NCBI GenBank assembly: GCA_034666405.1
Contig: JAXDLW010000015.1
Coordinates: 11,387-75,386, forward strand
Direction: 5' to 3'
DNA length: 64,000 nucleotides
DNA from: Chloroflexota bacterium
Lineage (GTDB): Bacteria; Chloroflexota; Dormibacteria; DASZGP01
Positions within the stretch are counted from its first letter, which is position 1. Each line of letters begins with the position of its first letter. The notes under the pieces are model-generated. The model had not been told where the DNA came from and did not search any database. It saw only the letters and a program-made list of their open reading frames with translations. Positions 45,631 to 56,053 of the stretch are shown here, piece after piece. The position numbers and the translations under genes were made by a program.

Positions 45631-47094
45631 GTGAGGGGTATGCGCGGACACTCGGTGCTGGTCGTCGGAGGAGGTCCGACAGGGCTGATGCTGGCGGGCG
45701 AGTTGGCCCTGGCGGGGATCGACGTTGCGATTGTCGAGCGGCGCCCCAGCCAGGATGTGATGGGCTTCCGCTCAGGCGGCCTGCACTCGCGAACCATCGA
45801 AGTTCTCGATCAACGCGGGATTGTTGACCGGTTCCTCTCCGATGGCAAGGTGGCCCAGGTCGCGGGGTTTGGGTGGATCCGCCTGGATATCAGTGACCTT
45901 CCGTCGCGCCACCCCTACGGGCTGGCGCTGTGGCAGGACCGCATCGAGCTGATCCTCGCCGGCTGGGTCAAGGAGCTCGGCGTCCCGATCTACCTCGGAT
46001 GCGAGCTGACCGGTTTCGCCCAGGACGGCACCGGCGTCGATGTCGAGATGGCCGACGGCCAATCGCTCCGGGCGGAATACCTCGTCGGGTGCGACGGGGG
46101 TCGCAGCCTGGTCCGCAAAACAGCCGGCATCGGGTTCCCCGGGTGGGACCCGACCACCAGCCATCTCATCGCCAATGTCGAGATGATGCAGGAGCCGCAA
46201 TGGGGCCTGGGCAACGATGGGACTGGCGTCCATTCCCTCTCGCTTTTGGACGATGGACAGGTGCGGGTGCTGGTTTCGGAAGTGCATGTGGAACACGGCG
46301 GTGAGCCCACGATGCGCGACCTCAGCGAGGCGCTGACCGCCATGTACGGGACGGATTACGGTGTGCACAACGCAACCTGGCTGTCCAGGTTCACAGATGC
46401 GACCCGGCAGGCGGCGTCGTACCGCGACAGACGGGTACTGCTGGCCGGCGACGCCGCCCACGTGCACCCGCCGGTGGGTGGACAGGGTCTCCAAACCGGG
46501 GTCCAGGACGCAGTGAACCTGGGCTGGAAGCTGGCCCGGGTGGTCCGGCAAACGTCGCCTGAAAGTCTCCTGGACACCTACCACGCCGAGCGGCACCCGG
46601 TCGCTGCCCGCGTGCTGCGCAACACTATGGCGCAAACCGCGCTCCTCCGCCCGGACGAGCGTAGCGATGCGTTGCGCAAGAGCGTGTCGGAGCTGCTGAG
46701 CATCGACGAGGCACGCCAGCGGTTCGGCGCGATGGCGTCCGGCCTGGACATTCACTACGACTTCGGCGAGGGCCACCCCCTGCTCGGGCGGCGCATGCCC
46801 GACCTCGACCTGGACAGCGCGGGTGGCCCCGTGCGGGTCTTCACCCTCCTGCACGAGGCCCGGCCGGTGCTGCTCAACCTCACGCCCTTAGGTGGCCCCG
46901 ATATCACGCCATGGACGGATGAACTGCGGCTCGTTGACGCCGCCTACGCCGGCGCTTGGGAGCTCCCGGCACTGGGGACCGTCACCGCCCCCGAAGCCGT
47001 CCTGATTCGGCCCGACGGATATGTGGCCTGGGTGGGGGAGGGTACGGATAGCGGGTTGCGCGACGCACTGACCACCTGGTTCGGGTCAGCCTGA
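45631..47094 (+). CDS. FAD-dependent aromatic-ring monooxygenase (PHBH fold)
   Basis: 'VLVVGGGPTGLMLAGELA', 'GCDGGRSLVR' and 'AGDAAHVHPPVGGQGLQTGVQDAVNLGWKLA'. Confidence 0.85.
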   Translation: MRGMRGHSVLVVGGGPTGLMLAGELALAGIDVAIVERRPSQDVMGFRSGGLHSRTIEVLDQRGIVDRFLSDGKVAQVAGFGWIRLDISDLPSRHPYGLALWQDRIELILAGWVKELGVPIYLGCELTGFAQDGTGVDVEMADGQSLRAEYLVGCDGGRSLVRKTAGIGFPGWDPTTSHLIANVEMMQEPQWGLGNDGTGVHSLSLLDDGQVRVLVSEVHVEHGGEPTMRDLSEALTAMYGTDYGVHNATWLSRFTDATRQAASYRDRRVLLAGDAAHVHPPVGGQGLQTGVQDAVNLGWKLARVVRQTSPESLLDTYHAERHPVAARVLRNTMAQTALLRPDERSDALRKSVSELLSIDEARQRFGAMASGLDIHYDFGEGHPLLGRRMPDLDLDSAGGPVRVFTLLHEARPVLLNLTPLGGPDITPWTDELRLVDAAYAGAWELPALGTVTAPEAVLIRPDGYVAWVGEGTDSGLRDALTTWFGSA

Positions 47095-47253
47095 CGCGAT
47101 GCCGCCTCCGTTCCGGGGATTCCACCTGCACCACATTAACCGCACTCGCCTGTGTTAGCCTCCCGGCAGCAATTCGCCGGGGCGGGTTATGGGGGGATCC
47201 GAGCCGCCTCGGGGAGCGGGGCAGTGACGGGTTAGGGGTAGGAGATCAGGGCC

Positions 47254-49806
47254 ATGCTGGGCACCGTCGGGGGGCGGCGTGGGCGACGACTGGGCGCCTC
47301 TGTGGGCGGCCGCAATCGCGCCTCGATCAGCGCGCGCAATCTGTGGGTATTAGTGGTTGGCGTGCTGCTGACCGTAGTCGCGGGTTCCGTCCAGGTGGGT
47401 GCCGCGGCAACGGCCGGGCCGACCGTGATCCGCGTCCTCTCGAATCGTGCCGACCTGGTCTCCGGCGGCGAGGCGCTGGTCGAGGTCGTACTACCGGCGG
47501 GAGTCGACCCTGGCAGCGCTCGGATCGCCGCGGCAGGCCGCGACGTAACCGCGAGTTTCGCCGCGAATCGCCTGCCCGGCCTGCTCCGTGGGATACCTGC
47601 GGCCAACCGGACCGGCCTTGACCCCACGAGCAACGCGCTCGTCGGTGTGGTCAGCGGCCTGCAGATCGGCAACAGTGCGCTGACCGCAACACTGGCCGAC
47701 GGATCGGGCGCGACCATCACCATCAACAACCACCCCGCCGGCGGCCCGGTCTTCGCCGGGACCCAGGTCCAGCCATGGGTCTGCAACACCCAGAACCCGC
47801 CACCGCCACCTATCAGCGCCGGTCAGCCGACGCACCTGGGGCCGTCGACCGATGCCCAGTGCAGCACGCCGGCGGTCTTCGAGTACTTCTTCCACACCAG
47901 CGACCCCGCCCTCTGCCAGAACGCGCCACCCTGTTTCGCGCCGTACGACCGTGCGAACCCGCCGTCAGGCGTACCCACCACGACCACGGACCAGGGCGTG
48001 ACCGTGCCCTACATCGTCCGGGTGGAGGAGGGGGTCGAGGACCGTGGCATCTATGCGCTGGCCGTGCTCGACGACCCGGGCAAGCCCTGGACGCCGTGGG
48101 ACCCGCAGCCGGCCTGGAACCACAAGCTGGTGACCACCTTCGGCGCCAGCACCTCGATGCATCACAGCCAGGGCGGTCCGTCGGCGGTCCTCGATCAGCC
48201 GGTGACCGCCTCGCCCGGCAACGCCGGCGGCGTCAACTGGTGGTCGCCTGACAGCGCGCTTTCACGAGGATTCGCGGTGGGTAACTCCGGCCTCAATGTC
48301 AAAGGGGAAAACGGCAACGAGGTGGTGTCCGCGGAGGCCCTGATGATGCTGAAGGAGCACATCGTGAACCGCTACGGACTGATCCGTTACACCATCGGCA
48401 ACGGCTGTTCCGGCGGCGGCCTGGCGCAGTACCTCATCGCGGCGATGTACCCGGGCCTGCTCGACGGCATCCAGCCCAATTGCAGCTACACCGACACCTG
48501 GACGACGGCGCCCGACGTGGTCGACTGCCACCTGATCGACCAGTACATCACCAGCGCCGCGCCCCCCGGGGCGACGCCGGTGACCGCGGCCCAGCAGGCA
48601 TTTGTGGACGGCCATTTCGACAGCAGCGACTGCGTCACCTGGGACGCGACGTTCGCCGGCGCAGTGGACCCGAAGGTGGCGAAAAACTGCGACCTGCCGG
48701 CAGCGGATGTCTACAACCCGACCACCAACCCCCGGGGTGTGCGCTGCAGTCTCCAGGATTACGATGTCGCGACCTGGGGCCCAAGGCCACCCTCCGTGTG
48801 GGGCCCGGTCGAGAAATCCAACGGCGCCGGGTTTGGCAAATTCCCGATGGATAACACTGGGGTCCAGTACGGCTTGGTGGCACTCAACGCAGGCGAGATC
48901 ACCGTCGACCAGTTCCTCGATCTCAACGCGCGGATCGGGAGCATGGACAATGACGCCAACATCGTGGCGGGCCGGCGGCAGGCCGACCCCGGTACCACCG
49001 TCACCGCGTACCGCGCCGGACAGGTGAGCGACGCGCGCCAACTGGCAACCGTTCCGATCATCGACCTGCGCGGATGGAGCGAGAGCGGCGAGATCCACAC
49101 CAGCTTCTACAGTTACAAGCTGCGCGCCCGGTTGGACCGGGAGAACGGTGGCCACGGCAACCAGCTGATCTGGACGTTCAAGGCGGCGGCCCCACTCCTG
49201 GGGATAATCGCGCCACCCGCCGTTGCACTGCAGTCTTTCCTGGCGATCGACTCATGGCTCGCCCGGATCGAGGCCGACGGGGCCTCCGGGTCGCTAGCCG
49301 CGAAGGTCCTGCGCGATCGACCCGGAACGGCGGTGGACGGTTGCTGGGCCCAGGGCGATATCCCGGCCAGCGGTCCCATGATCACCGACAGTTCAACCTG
49401 CGCCGCCCTCTATCCTCATTTCGCCAATACCCGCGTGGCTGCCGGCGCGCCCGTAACCGATGACGTCATCAAGTGCCGGCTCAAGCACCCGGCGGCGTCC
49501 GACTACCAGGTTCAGGTCAGCGCGGGCCAGCTGCAACAAATTGACCAGGTCTTCCCAACCGGGGTGTGCGATTGGAGCAAGCCTGGCGTCGACCAGCAGC
49601 CCTCCATCCCCTGGATGACATATGCCGGCGGCCCCGGGGGTACCCCGCTTGGTGACGCACCGGGCTCCAATCCATTCGCCGCATCCGTGCTGAACACGCC
49701 CAACACAGCAGCCGCGGGTCCCCTGGGCGGCGAGGTCGTCGTTGGCCTCGGGTTGCTGCTCCTGGTGCTCATCACCACGGCCTGGGGACGGCCCGCTAAG
49801 CGCTAG
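47254..49806 (+). CDS. Secreted tannase/feruloyl-esterase-like alpha/beta hydrolase with C-terminal membrane anchor
   Basis: Signal 'LWVLVVGVLLTVVAGSVQVGAAA'. Putative nucleophile motif 'IGNGCSGGG' (tannase-type GCSxG) with many Cys pairs. C-terminus 'PLGGEVVVGLGLLLLVLITTAWGRPAKR*'. Confidence 0.55.
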   Translation: MLGTVGGRRGRRLGASVGGRNRASISARNLWVLVVGVLLTVVAGSVQVGAAATAGPTVIRVLSNRADLVSGGEALVEVVLPAGVDPGSARIAAAGRDVTASFAANRLPGLLRGIPAANRTGLDPTSNALVGVVSGLQIGNSALTATLADGSGATITINNHPAGGPVFAGTQVQPWVCNTQNPPPPPISAGQPTHLGPSTDAQCSTPAVFEYFFHTSDPALCQNAPPCFAPYDRANPPSGVPTTTTDQGVTVPYIVRVEEGVEDRGIYALAVLDDPGKPWTPWDPQPAWNHKLVTTFGASTSMHHSQGGPSAVLDQPVTASPGNAGGVNWWSPDSALSRGFAVGNSGLNVKGENGNEVVSAEALMMLKEHIVNRYGLIRYTIGNGCSGGGLAQYLIAAMYPGLLDGIQPNCSYTDTWTTAPDVVDCHLIDQYITSAAPPGATPVTAAQQAFVDGHFDSSDCVTWDATFAGAVDPKVAKNCDLPAADVYNPTTNPRGVRCSLQDYDVATWGPRPPSVWGPVEKSNGAGFGKFPMDNTGVQYGLVALNAGEITVDQFLDLNARIGSMDNDANIVAGRRQADPGTTVTAYRAGQVSDARQLATVPIIDLRGWSESGEIHTSFYSYKLRARLDRENGGHGNQLIWTFKAAAPLLGIIAPPAVALQSFLAIDSWLARIEADGASGSLAAKVLRDRPGTAVDGCWAQGDIPASGPMITDSSTCAALYPHFANTRVAAGAPVTDDVIKCRLKHPAASDYQVQVSAGQLQQIDQVFPTGVCDWSKPGVDQQPSIPWMTYAGGPGGTPLGDAPGSNPFAASVLNTPNTAAAGPLGGEVVVGLGLLLLVLITTAWGRPAKR

Positions 49807-51421
49807 ACACGTCCCGCGACCGCATCAGGACCAGTGCCAGGCCGAAGCCGACCACGAAGATCAGGCTCATCGAGAGGGCCGCGGTCCATGAGCCGGGCTG
49901 AGTCAGGGGGCTGCCGTAGAGGTGGAACACCGAGAGGTTCTGTGCCCAATCCGGGAACTTGAACAGCGGCCCGAGGTCGCCCAGCACATACGAGACGAAC
50001 GCGAAGCCACCCAGGAACGGCACCGCGATCCTGGGCCAGCGGCTCGCCACCGCGACGCCGAGGCCGCCGAATGCGAGCGCGAAGGGCCAGAGCAGGGCCG
50101 ACGCCGTGAAAAGATGGCCGGGGTCCAGGTTGAGTCCGGAACCGGGCGCTTCGGATGCCACGCCGATGTAGCCGGAGAGGACGATCACCAGGCTGGCGGC
50201 CGCGAACTCGAGCGCGCGTTCGAGCACCACCCGCGAGCGCGAGATGGGCGCCGTCAGCAGCATCTCGACCCGTCCTTCCTGGTCCTGGGTCGACCACCGC
50301 GAGACCTGCACCACGGCGTAGCCCGCCAGCAGGAGCAGCGCGGTGCCGAACCAGGTCAGGGCGAGCATTGACGCGTAGGCGGGCCCGGGAGTGACCCGCT
50401 GGAAGAGAGCGGCGAGGGCCGGGTCGGTCGAGAGGGCGTCGACCATCGACTTGGTTACCGAGACCATCAGCGCCCCCAGCACCAGTGTGCCGACCGCCCA
50501 CACCCCGAGCCCCACGCGCTGCTCCCAGAGGCCCTCGGAAAAGGGGAAGCGGAGCATGACGTTGCTCGACGCCACCCGCACCGTGGTCCTGGCGCGCGCC
50601 CCCCATCGAAACAGCCCGCTCCCGATGTCTCGGCGCTGGAAGGCCGCGACGGCCAGGGCCACGCACAGTACCGCGACCGCGGCGAGCCCGACGGTCCCCG
50701 CCGTGTCGAACCTACCGCCGGGCGCTGCCGAACTGGTGGTCTCCATCCAGTGGAAGGGAGACACCAACCCGATCCACGAGACCGAGTCGATGGTGTCCGC
50801 GATGCCGTTGAGCACCAGGAGCAGCACCAATGCGCCGACACTCAGCGCGGTGGCGGTCTGGCGCTCGGGGGGCAGCTGCGAAACCAGGAGCGCGAGCGCA
50901 TAGCACGCGAAGAACCCTGCCGCCATGGAGAGGGCCTTCCCCATCTCGCCGACAAAGTTGGGGTCCTGGTGCACGACGGGAGCGACCGCGACAATACCCA
51001 GCACCGAGCCGACGCAGGCCACCAGCAGCACCAGCCCGAAGGCAGCGCTGCGAGCCAGCAACAACCGCGTCCGCGAGACCCCGCTGACCAGCCATTCCGC
51101 GGTGAGACCACGCTCCTCGTCGCCGCGGCCAACCCCGACCCCGGCGAGCACGGCCCAGATCGACATCATCACGATCGCACTGGCCAGCCACTTGTACTGC
51201 TCGTAACCGCCAAGGGTCTCCGGGTGCACCGGGATGGGGATCAAGAAGGCGAACTGTTTGGCGACCAGGATCACCGAGCGGCCAAAGGCCGCCTGCGACG
51301 CGGCGGTGTTCCCGGCTGCCTGGGTGAACGCGGCCCCGTACAGGAACGAGATGACGAAGCCCCCGACCGTGAACCCAAGGAGGCCTCGCCGGTGGAGACG
51401 CCACGCCATCCACCGGATCAT
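49796..51421 (-). CDS. ABC-2-type exporter permease
   Basis: About 540 aa with 12 predicted TM helices. The start overlaps the ATPase gene's stop (ATGA). Confidence 0.7.
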   Translation of the reverse strand: MIRWMAWRLHRRGLLGFTVGGFVISFLYGAAFTQAAGNTAASQAAFGRSVILVAKQFAFLIPIPVHPETLGGYEQYKWLASAIVMMSIWAVLAGVGVGRGDEERGLTAEWLVSGVSRTRLLLARSAAFGLVLLVACVGSVLGIVAVAPVVHQDPNFVGEMGKALSMAAGFFACYALALLVSQLPPERQTATALSVGALVLLLVLNGIADTIDSVSWIGLVSPFHWMETTSSAAPGGRFDTAGTVGLAAVAVLCVALAVAAFQRRDIGSGLFRWGARARTTVRVASSNVMLRFPFSEGLWEQRVGLGVWAVGTLVLGALMVSVTKSMVDALSTDPALAALFQRVTPGPAYASMLALTWFGTALLLLAGYAVVQVSRWSTQDQEGRVEMLLTAPISRSRVVLERALEFAAASLVIVLSGYIGVASEAPGSGLNLDPGHLFTASALLWPFALAFGGLGVAVASRWPRIAVPFLGGFAFVSYVLGDLGPLFKFPDWAQNLSVFHLYGSPLTQPGSWTAALSMSLIFVVGFGLALVLMRSRDVSSA

Positions 51422-52323
51422 GTGCGGGCCTCCCCAGGCTGGTCCTGGTAGTAGGTGAGGAAGATCTCCTCGAGGCTCGGCTCATGGCTCGCGAGGTTGA
51501 CCACGTGATGTCCCGCGAGGGCGTCGGCCACGGGCTCGAACGACCCACGTGCAGTGAAGGTGACCCGGTGATGGGCGGATTCGACGTTCTCGACGCCCGC
51601 CAGGTGCTCGAAGATCTGGGGCTGCGGTTCACCCGCAAACTCGACCTCCACGTGCCGGACATGCATCTCGTGCAGGTCCTCCAGGCGGGCCACCTTGACC
51701 AGCTTGCCGCGGCGGATGATCCCCACTCGCTGACATACATGCTCGACTTCCGACAGCACGTGGGAGGACAGGAAGATCGTCGCCCCGCCGGCCTGGGCCT
51801 CACGCACCAGTTTGAAGAACTCCTGCTGGTTGAGGGGATCGAGTCCGCTCGATGGTTCGTCGAGAACCAGGAGCCTCGGGTTGTGCATGAACGCCAGCAG
51901 GATCCCGAGCTTGCGCTTGTTGCCGGTTGAGTACTCGCGGTACTTGAGGCCGAGGTCGAGGTCCAGCCTTTCGGTTATCTCCTTTACCCGCAACGGGTCC
52001 ACGCCGCCGCGCAACGCACCGAAGTGCCCGACTATGTCGCGGCCGCGAAGGCCTCCAAACTGCGGCAGTTCCCCGGCCATGTGGCCAACGAGGCGCTTGA
52101 CTTCGACCGACTGCCTCATGCTGTCGAGACCGAGAATGGAGGCCGATCCCTGCGTGGGGTGGATGAGGCCCATCAGCAGCCGGATCGTCGTGCTCTTGCC
52201 GGCGCCGTTGGGCCCGAGGTAGCCGAAGACCTCTCCCTCGGCGATCTGGAGGCTGAGGTCGAAAAGACCCCGGCCGCCGCCGTAGTCCTTGGTCAGGGCC
52301 TCGGCGTTGATTGCTGCTGGCAT
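51418..52323 (-). CDS. ABC transporter ATP-binding protein
   Basis: Walker A 'GPNGAGKST', signature 'YSTGNKRKLGI' and Walker B 'LLVLDEPSSGLD'. Confidence 0.9.
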   Translation of the reverse strand: MPAAINAEALTKDYGGGRGLFDLSLQIAEGEVFGYLGPNGAGKSTTIRLLMGLIHPTQGSASILGLDSMRQSVEVKRLVGHMAGELPQFGGLRGRDIVGHFGALRGGVDPLRVKEITERLDLDLGLKYREYSTGNKRKLGILLAFMHNPRLLVLDEPSSGLDPLNQQEFFKLVREAQAGGATIFLSSHVLSEVEHVCQRVGIIRRGKLVKVARLEDLHEMHVRHVEVEFAGEPQPQIFEHLAGVENVESAHHRVTFTARGSFEPVADALAGHHVVNLASHEPSLEEIFLTYYQDQPGEART

Positions 52324-52347
52324 TCCGCTTTCTCCTTCCGGCTCGTC

Positions 52348-53031
52348 TCAGCCAAACCAAAAATGCAGGGTCTTCTTGTCCATGACCGTGATCGATCCAT
52401 GGGGGACGCCGAGGATGCGTTCGAACACCTCAGCCGATGCGGCGAAGGTCTGTGCCACAAGCTCGAAACTGACCGTGCCCGCCCGCCGGCCCAGCAGCAG
52501 TTCGCCGGCCAGGTCCTGGTCGCCCTGGATGAGAGAGACGATGATCCGGGCTGCCTGGGTTGGCGAGCTCACCGTCACGGCTCCCTCATCGACTCCCTGC
52601 TGGATGACCTCGGTGAGGACCGGCCGCAGCAGCCGCCCGCTCAGCCGGCGCAGCTTCTCGCGCAGGAGCGCATTGCCGTCCGAAAGCCAGACCTCCATGA
52701 CCGCGAGCACGAGCTCCTTCTGCTCGGCCTTGAAACTGGCGATGCCCCGAAAGAAACTCTCCAGCTTGCGAAGGGCAGGCAGGTCCGGGTCGTTGAGGAT
52801 CGGCGCCACCGCGGCCATCCCGGCCTCCGCAAAGCGGTCGACTACGGCGTCAAGGAGGGCTTCCTTGGAATCGAAGTAGTGGTAGAACGCGCCCTTGGAT
52901 GCCTCGAGTTGGTCCAGCACGTCCTGGATCGCCATCTCCTCGTAGCCCTTCGTCTCGATGAGCTGTTGGGCCGCGTCGAGGAAGGCGGCGCGTCGAACTC
53001 TGTGGACTTCCACGTTGAGCGTCCTGGGCAT
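52348..53031 (-). CDS. TetR-family transcriptional regulator (likely regulator of the adjacent ABC exporter)
   Basis: HTH 'AAQQLIETKGYEEMAIQDVLDQLEASKGAFYHYFDSKE'. Lies 24 nt upstream of the ABC ATPase gene on the same strand. Confidence 0.8.
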   Translation of the reverse strand: MPRTLNVEVHRVRRAAFLDAAQQLIETKGYEEMAIQDVLDQLEASKGAFYHYFDSKEALLDAVVDRFAEAGMAAVAPILNDPDLPALRKLESFFRGIASFKAEQKELVLAVMEVWLSDGNALLREKLRRLSGRLLRPVLTEVIQQGVDEGAVTVSSPTQAARIIVSLIQGDQDLAGELLLGRRAGTVSFELVAQTFAASAEVFERILGVPHGSITVMDKKTLHFWFG

Positions 53032-53083
53032 ATCCGCACTATGACAGACCGACTGCCGGTTTGTAAATCTTGGAGGCGGGCGG

Positions 53084-53944
53084 TCAGCCCTGCGGGAGCC
53101 TCGTCGACCCGGGCGTCGGAGGGCGCGAAGAGGGCGGCGGCACGACCGGGCCGATATCGCCGTCCGGGGCCTCGTCGAGGTCGACGATCACAGGCGCGTG
53201 GTCGCTGGGGCCCGGTCCCTTGCGCGCGTGGCGGTCGACCCACGCCGCCCGGACGCGCTGCGCAACCGGGACGGCTGCAAGCACCAGGTCGATGCGCATC
53301 CCCAGGTCCTTGTGGAACATGCCCGCACGGTAGTCCCAGTAGGTGAAGACACGCTCGGTTGGCCAGTGGTCGCGGACCACGTCGCGCAGGCCGAGCGATT
53401 GGAGGTTGGTGAGGGCGTCGCGTTCAGCGGGCGTGACATGGGTCTGGCCGACATATGCCGCGGGGTCGAAAACGTCGGCGTCGGTGGGCGCGATGTTCAT
53501 GTCCCCGCAGACCATCACCGTGTCCGGCCCGCTCGCGACCTGTGCGCGGAGCGCCGACAGCCAATCGAGCTTGTAGCGATAGTGGTCCGAACCTGGTGCG
53601 CGGCCATTGGGGACATAGACGGAGTGCACGCGGACCCCGGCACAGGTCGCGGCCACAGCACGCGCTTCCAGCCCGGGGAACCCGGGGCCGCCGGGTATGC
53701 CGAAGACGACGTCGTCGAGGCCGACCCGGGACAGGATCGCCACCCCGTTCCACCCTGCCTCGCCGTGGGCCGCCAGCGCATAGCCGCGGGTTCGCAGTTC
53801 ACCGCCCAACAGGTCCTCGAACGCGTCATCCGGGAGTTTCGTCTCCTGCAGGCAGATGACATCCGGCCGGCGCTGGTCCAGCCAGGGCAGGAGCCGTGGG
53901 ACGCGCTGCCGGATTGAGTTGACGTTCCAGGTGGCGACTCGCAT
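53084..53944 (-). CDS. xthA: Exodeoxyribonuclease III
   Basis: 'MRVATWNVNSIRQR', 'VICLQETK', 'GDMNIAPTDADV' and 'SDHAPV' are EEP-nuclease catalytic motifs. Confidence 0.9.
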   Translation of the reverse strand: MRVATWNVNSIRQRVPRLLPWLDQRRPDVICLQETKLPDDAFEDLLGGELRTRGYALAAHGEAGWNGVAILSRVGLDDVVFGIPGGPGFPGLEARAVAATCAGVRVHSVYVPNGRAPGSDHYRYKLDWLSALRAQVASGPDTVMVCGDMNIAPTDADVFDPAAYVGQTHVTPAERDALTNLQSLGLRDVVRDHWPTERVFTYWDYRAGMFHKDLGMRIDLVLAAVPVAQRVRAAWVDRHARKGPGPSDHAPVIVDLDEAPDGDIGPVVPPPSSRPPTPGSTRLPQG

Positions 53945-53955
53945 TGGCCGAGCTC

Positions 53956-54354
53956 CTACGCGGAGGCGTTCTTGATCTTGCGCCAGCCCCCGGCCCGATT
54001 GTTGGCGATGACCTGCTTGAACATCGCGGAGAGCGCCCGGGCATTGACCGCCTCGCCCTGCCGGAAGCCCACCGTCCGGGCCGTCTGGTTGTCGTGGCCG
54101 GCCGTGATGATGCCCTCGGGGTCGGGGACGATGGCGCCGTCGTACATGAAGACGTTTACGTGGTCCGCGGCCGCCAGGAACGCGCAGATATTGCCCTGGA
54201 GCACGAAGTACGGCTGCACCGAACGCTTGATGGTCTCCTCGACCTCAGGGTCCGCGGCGTGGACCAGGTCCCTGACCTCGCGGAACACCGCCTGCTGCCA
54301 CTCGGGCAGGGCATCGATATAGCGATCGACACGCGGGTCCCTGGCGGGGCTCAC
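53956..54354 (-). CDS. DUF1801 (YdhG-like) domain protein
   Basis: About 130 aa; 'RVDRYIDALPEWQQAVFREVRDLVHAADPEVEETIK' fits DUF1801. Its start overlaps the upstream gene's stop. Confidence 0.6.
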   Translation of the reverse strand: MSPARDPRVDRYIDALPEWQQAVFREVRDLVHAADPEVEETIKRSVQPYFVLQGNICAFLAAADHVNVFMYDGAIVPDPEGIITAGHDNQTARTVGFRQGEAVNARALSAMFKQVIANNRAGGWRKIKNASA

Positions 54355-55988
54355 CGCCGAGAACCACGCGGCCTGCGACGCGTCCAGCCGATGACGAGAA
54401 GCAAACTCCCGCCCCCGATCAACGCGGCCGCGCCCGCGAGGACGGGCAGCCCGCCCGGTGGCCCGGCGGTCGTGCTCGGTGTATGAGCGACTGCGCCGGT
54501 GGTGGCTGGGGTGCCGGTGTTGGCGGGATGGGGGGCGGTGTGGCTGAAGGCGCCGGCCGTCAGCTTCGCGACATAGAAACCCCAGAAACCATCGCTGTAC
54601 CAGATCTCGTTGCGGCTGGTGTCGAAGGTGGGCGCGCTCATTGCGAAGTTGCCGCCGTTGATGCCGACGTAGGCGGGCGTTGCCGCTTGGGAGGGCGCAT
54701 TGAAGTAGGCCATCTCGTATGGATGGGCGAGGTCCTCGATGTTGAAGACCCGCAGGCCGCTGATGATGAAACTGCAGGCGATGTACTTGGGGTCGACCTC
54801 GACCGGCACGTTGCAGTAGTGGCCGGCGTACCCCTGCACCGGGCTCTGGGCCCCATAGTCGTTCTTCTGGTCGCTCGCGCGCGCCGCCGTTTGATTTACC
54901 GCCAGCCGCATGTTCGAGACCACGAACGGATGGGTGTCGTCCTTGATGTCGATGATCCGGGCGGCCCCGACGCTGGCGCTGGCGTCGTAGCCACCGCTAC
55001 TCCCCGTACCCTTGCTGTACTCATCGACCTCGGCGAGGTAGCGGTGGCCGTTCTCGCTGAACGGGATGGCGTTCTGGGGAATGCTCACCTCCGGCCAGCT
55101 GATCCTGCTCACCTCGGTCACGGTGGGGTTGAGGTGGTGCGCATTGACGCCGCTCACGTCGAGGATCACCAGTCCCGCCGGCGTGCTTGTCTCCGCGATG
55201 TAGAGACGGTTGCCGTCGTCCGAGACACTCATGCCGTGGGGGGAGTAGGTGGCCGTGGCCCACAGCACGCTCGGCACCATCGGGTTGGTGAGGTCGACCG
55301 CCGCCAGCGTGTGGCCGCCCGTCGAACTGACGTAGAAGACGGTGCCGTCGGGTGAGAAGGCACTCTCATGCCCGAGGATCCCAAGCGGAGTCGAAGAGTC
55401 GAGCACCGGGTGACGGCAGTCCGCCGACACGTCGTACACGTCGACGAAGCCCGGGTTGAAGGTGGGATACCCCATGTCGGCAACCAGCAGGCCGCGCTTC
55501 TGGTTCAGCCGTAGAGACTCGTGGGGCGAGACCATCGCCGGTGTGGTGAGGTTGGTCGTGAACACCGGGTTCGCATGGTCGGTCATGTCCAGGACATAGA
55601 TCCCGATTTCCGAGCTGGCCCCGTTCTTCAGGTTGGTGGGGAAGAGGAGGGTGCTGTCGTAGAACGCGCACTCGTGCCCCGCCTTGTCAATGTAGCGCTC
55701 GACGCGGAAGCCCCCGGTATTGCCCTGCCGCCCAACCACGGCGGTATTGCACGTGTACCCCCTTTCGGCGCGCAGGCTGTCGACTTCGGCCTTCGGCACC
55801 CGCCCCTGGGCGCCGGTTTCCGGCAGCGACTGGCTGTCGCACGGAAGCTGGGGGGTGGGCCCGTTGTACAGCGGGCTCGTGGCCTGCACGGGCGTTGTCA
55901 GCAGGAATGCCAGGGCGGCGAGGCCTGGAATCCTCATCCAGCGCGCGAGACGAATCACCACGGTTTTGCCTCCCTGCATTCCGAGCAC
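54351..55988 (-). CDS. Secreted beta-propeller protein (LVIVD-repeat-like) with C-terminal TM/basic tail
   Basis: Signal peptide 'MRIPGLAALAFLLTTPVQA' within the first 40 aa. Repeats 'IYVLDMTDHANPVF', 'LLVADMGYP', 'LVILDVSGVN' and 'ARIIDIKDDTHPFVV'. C-terminus 'PPGGLPVLAGAAALIGGGSLLLVIGWTRRRPRGSRR*'. Confidence 0.55.
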   Translation of the reverse strand: MLGMQGGKTVVIRLARWMRIPGLAALAFLLTTPVQATSPLYNGPTPQLPCDSQSLPETGAQGRVPKAEVDSLRAERGYTCNTAVVGRQGNTGGFRVERYIDKAGHECAFYDSTLLFPTNLKNGASSEIGIYVLDMTDHANPVFTTNLTTPAMVSPHESLRLNQKRGLLVADMGYPTFNPGFVDVYDVSADCRHPVLDSSTPLGILGHESAFSPDGTVFYVSSTGGHTLAAVDLTNPMVPSVLWATATYSPHGMSVSDDGNRLYIAETSTPAGLVILDVSGVNAHHLNPTVTEVSRISWPEVSIPQNAIPFSENGHRYLAEVDEYSKGTGSSGGYDASASVGAARIIDIKDDTHPFVVSNMRLAVNQTAARASDQKNDYGAQSPVQGYAGHYCNVPVEVDPKYIACSFIISGLRVFNIEDLAHPYEMAYFNAPSQAATPAYVGINGGNFAMSAPTFDTSRNEIWYSDGFWGFYVAKLTAGAFSHTAPHPANTGTPATTGAVAHTPSTTAGPPGGLPVLAGAAALIGGGSLLLVIGWTRRRPRGSRR

Positions 55989-56053
55989 GTCAGTCTAGCC
56001 CGGCACGACTGGCCGAACCAACCGGCCGGAATGTAACGCGTTAGCATGGCCAC

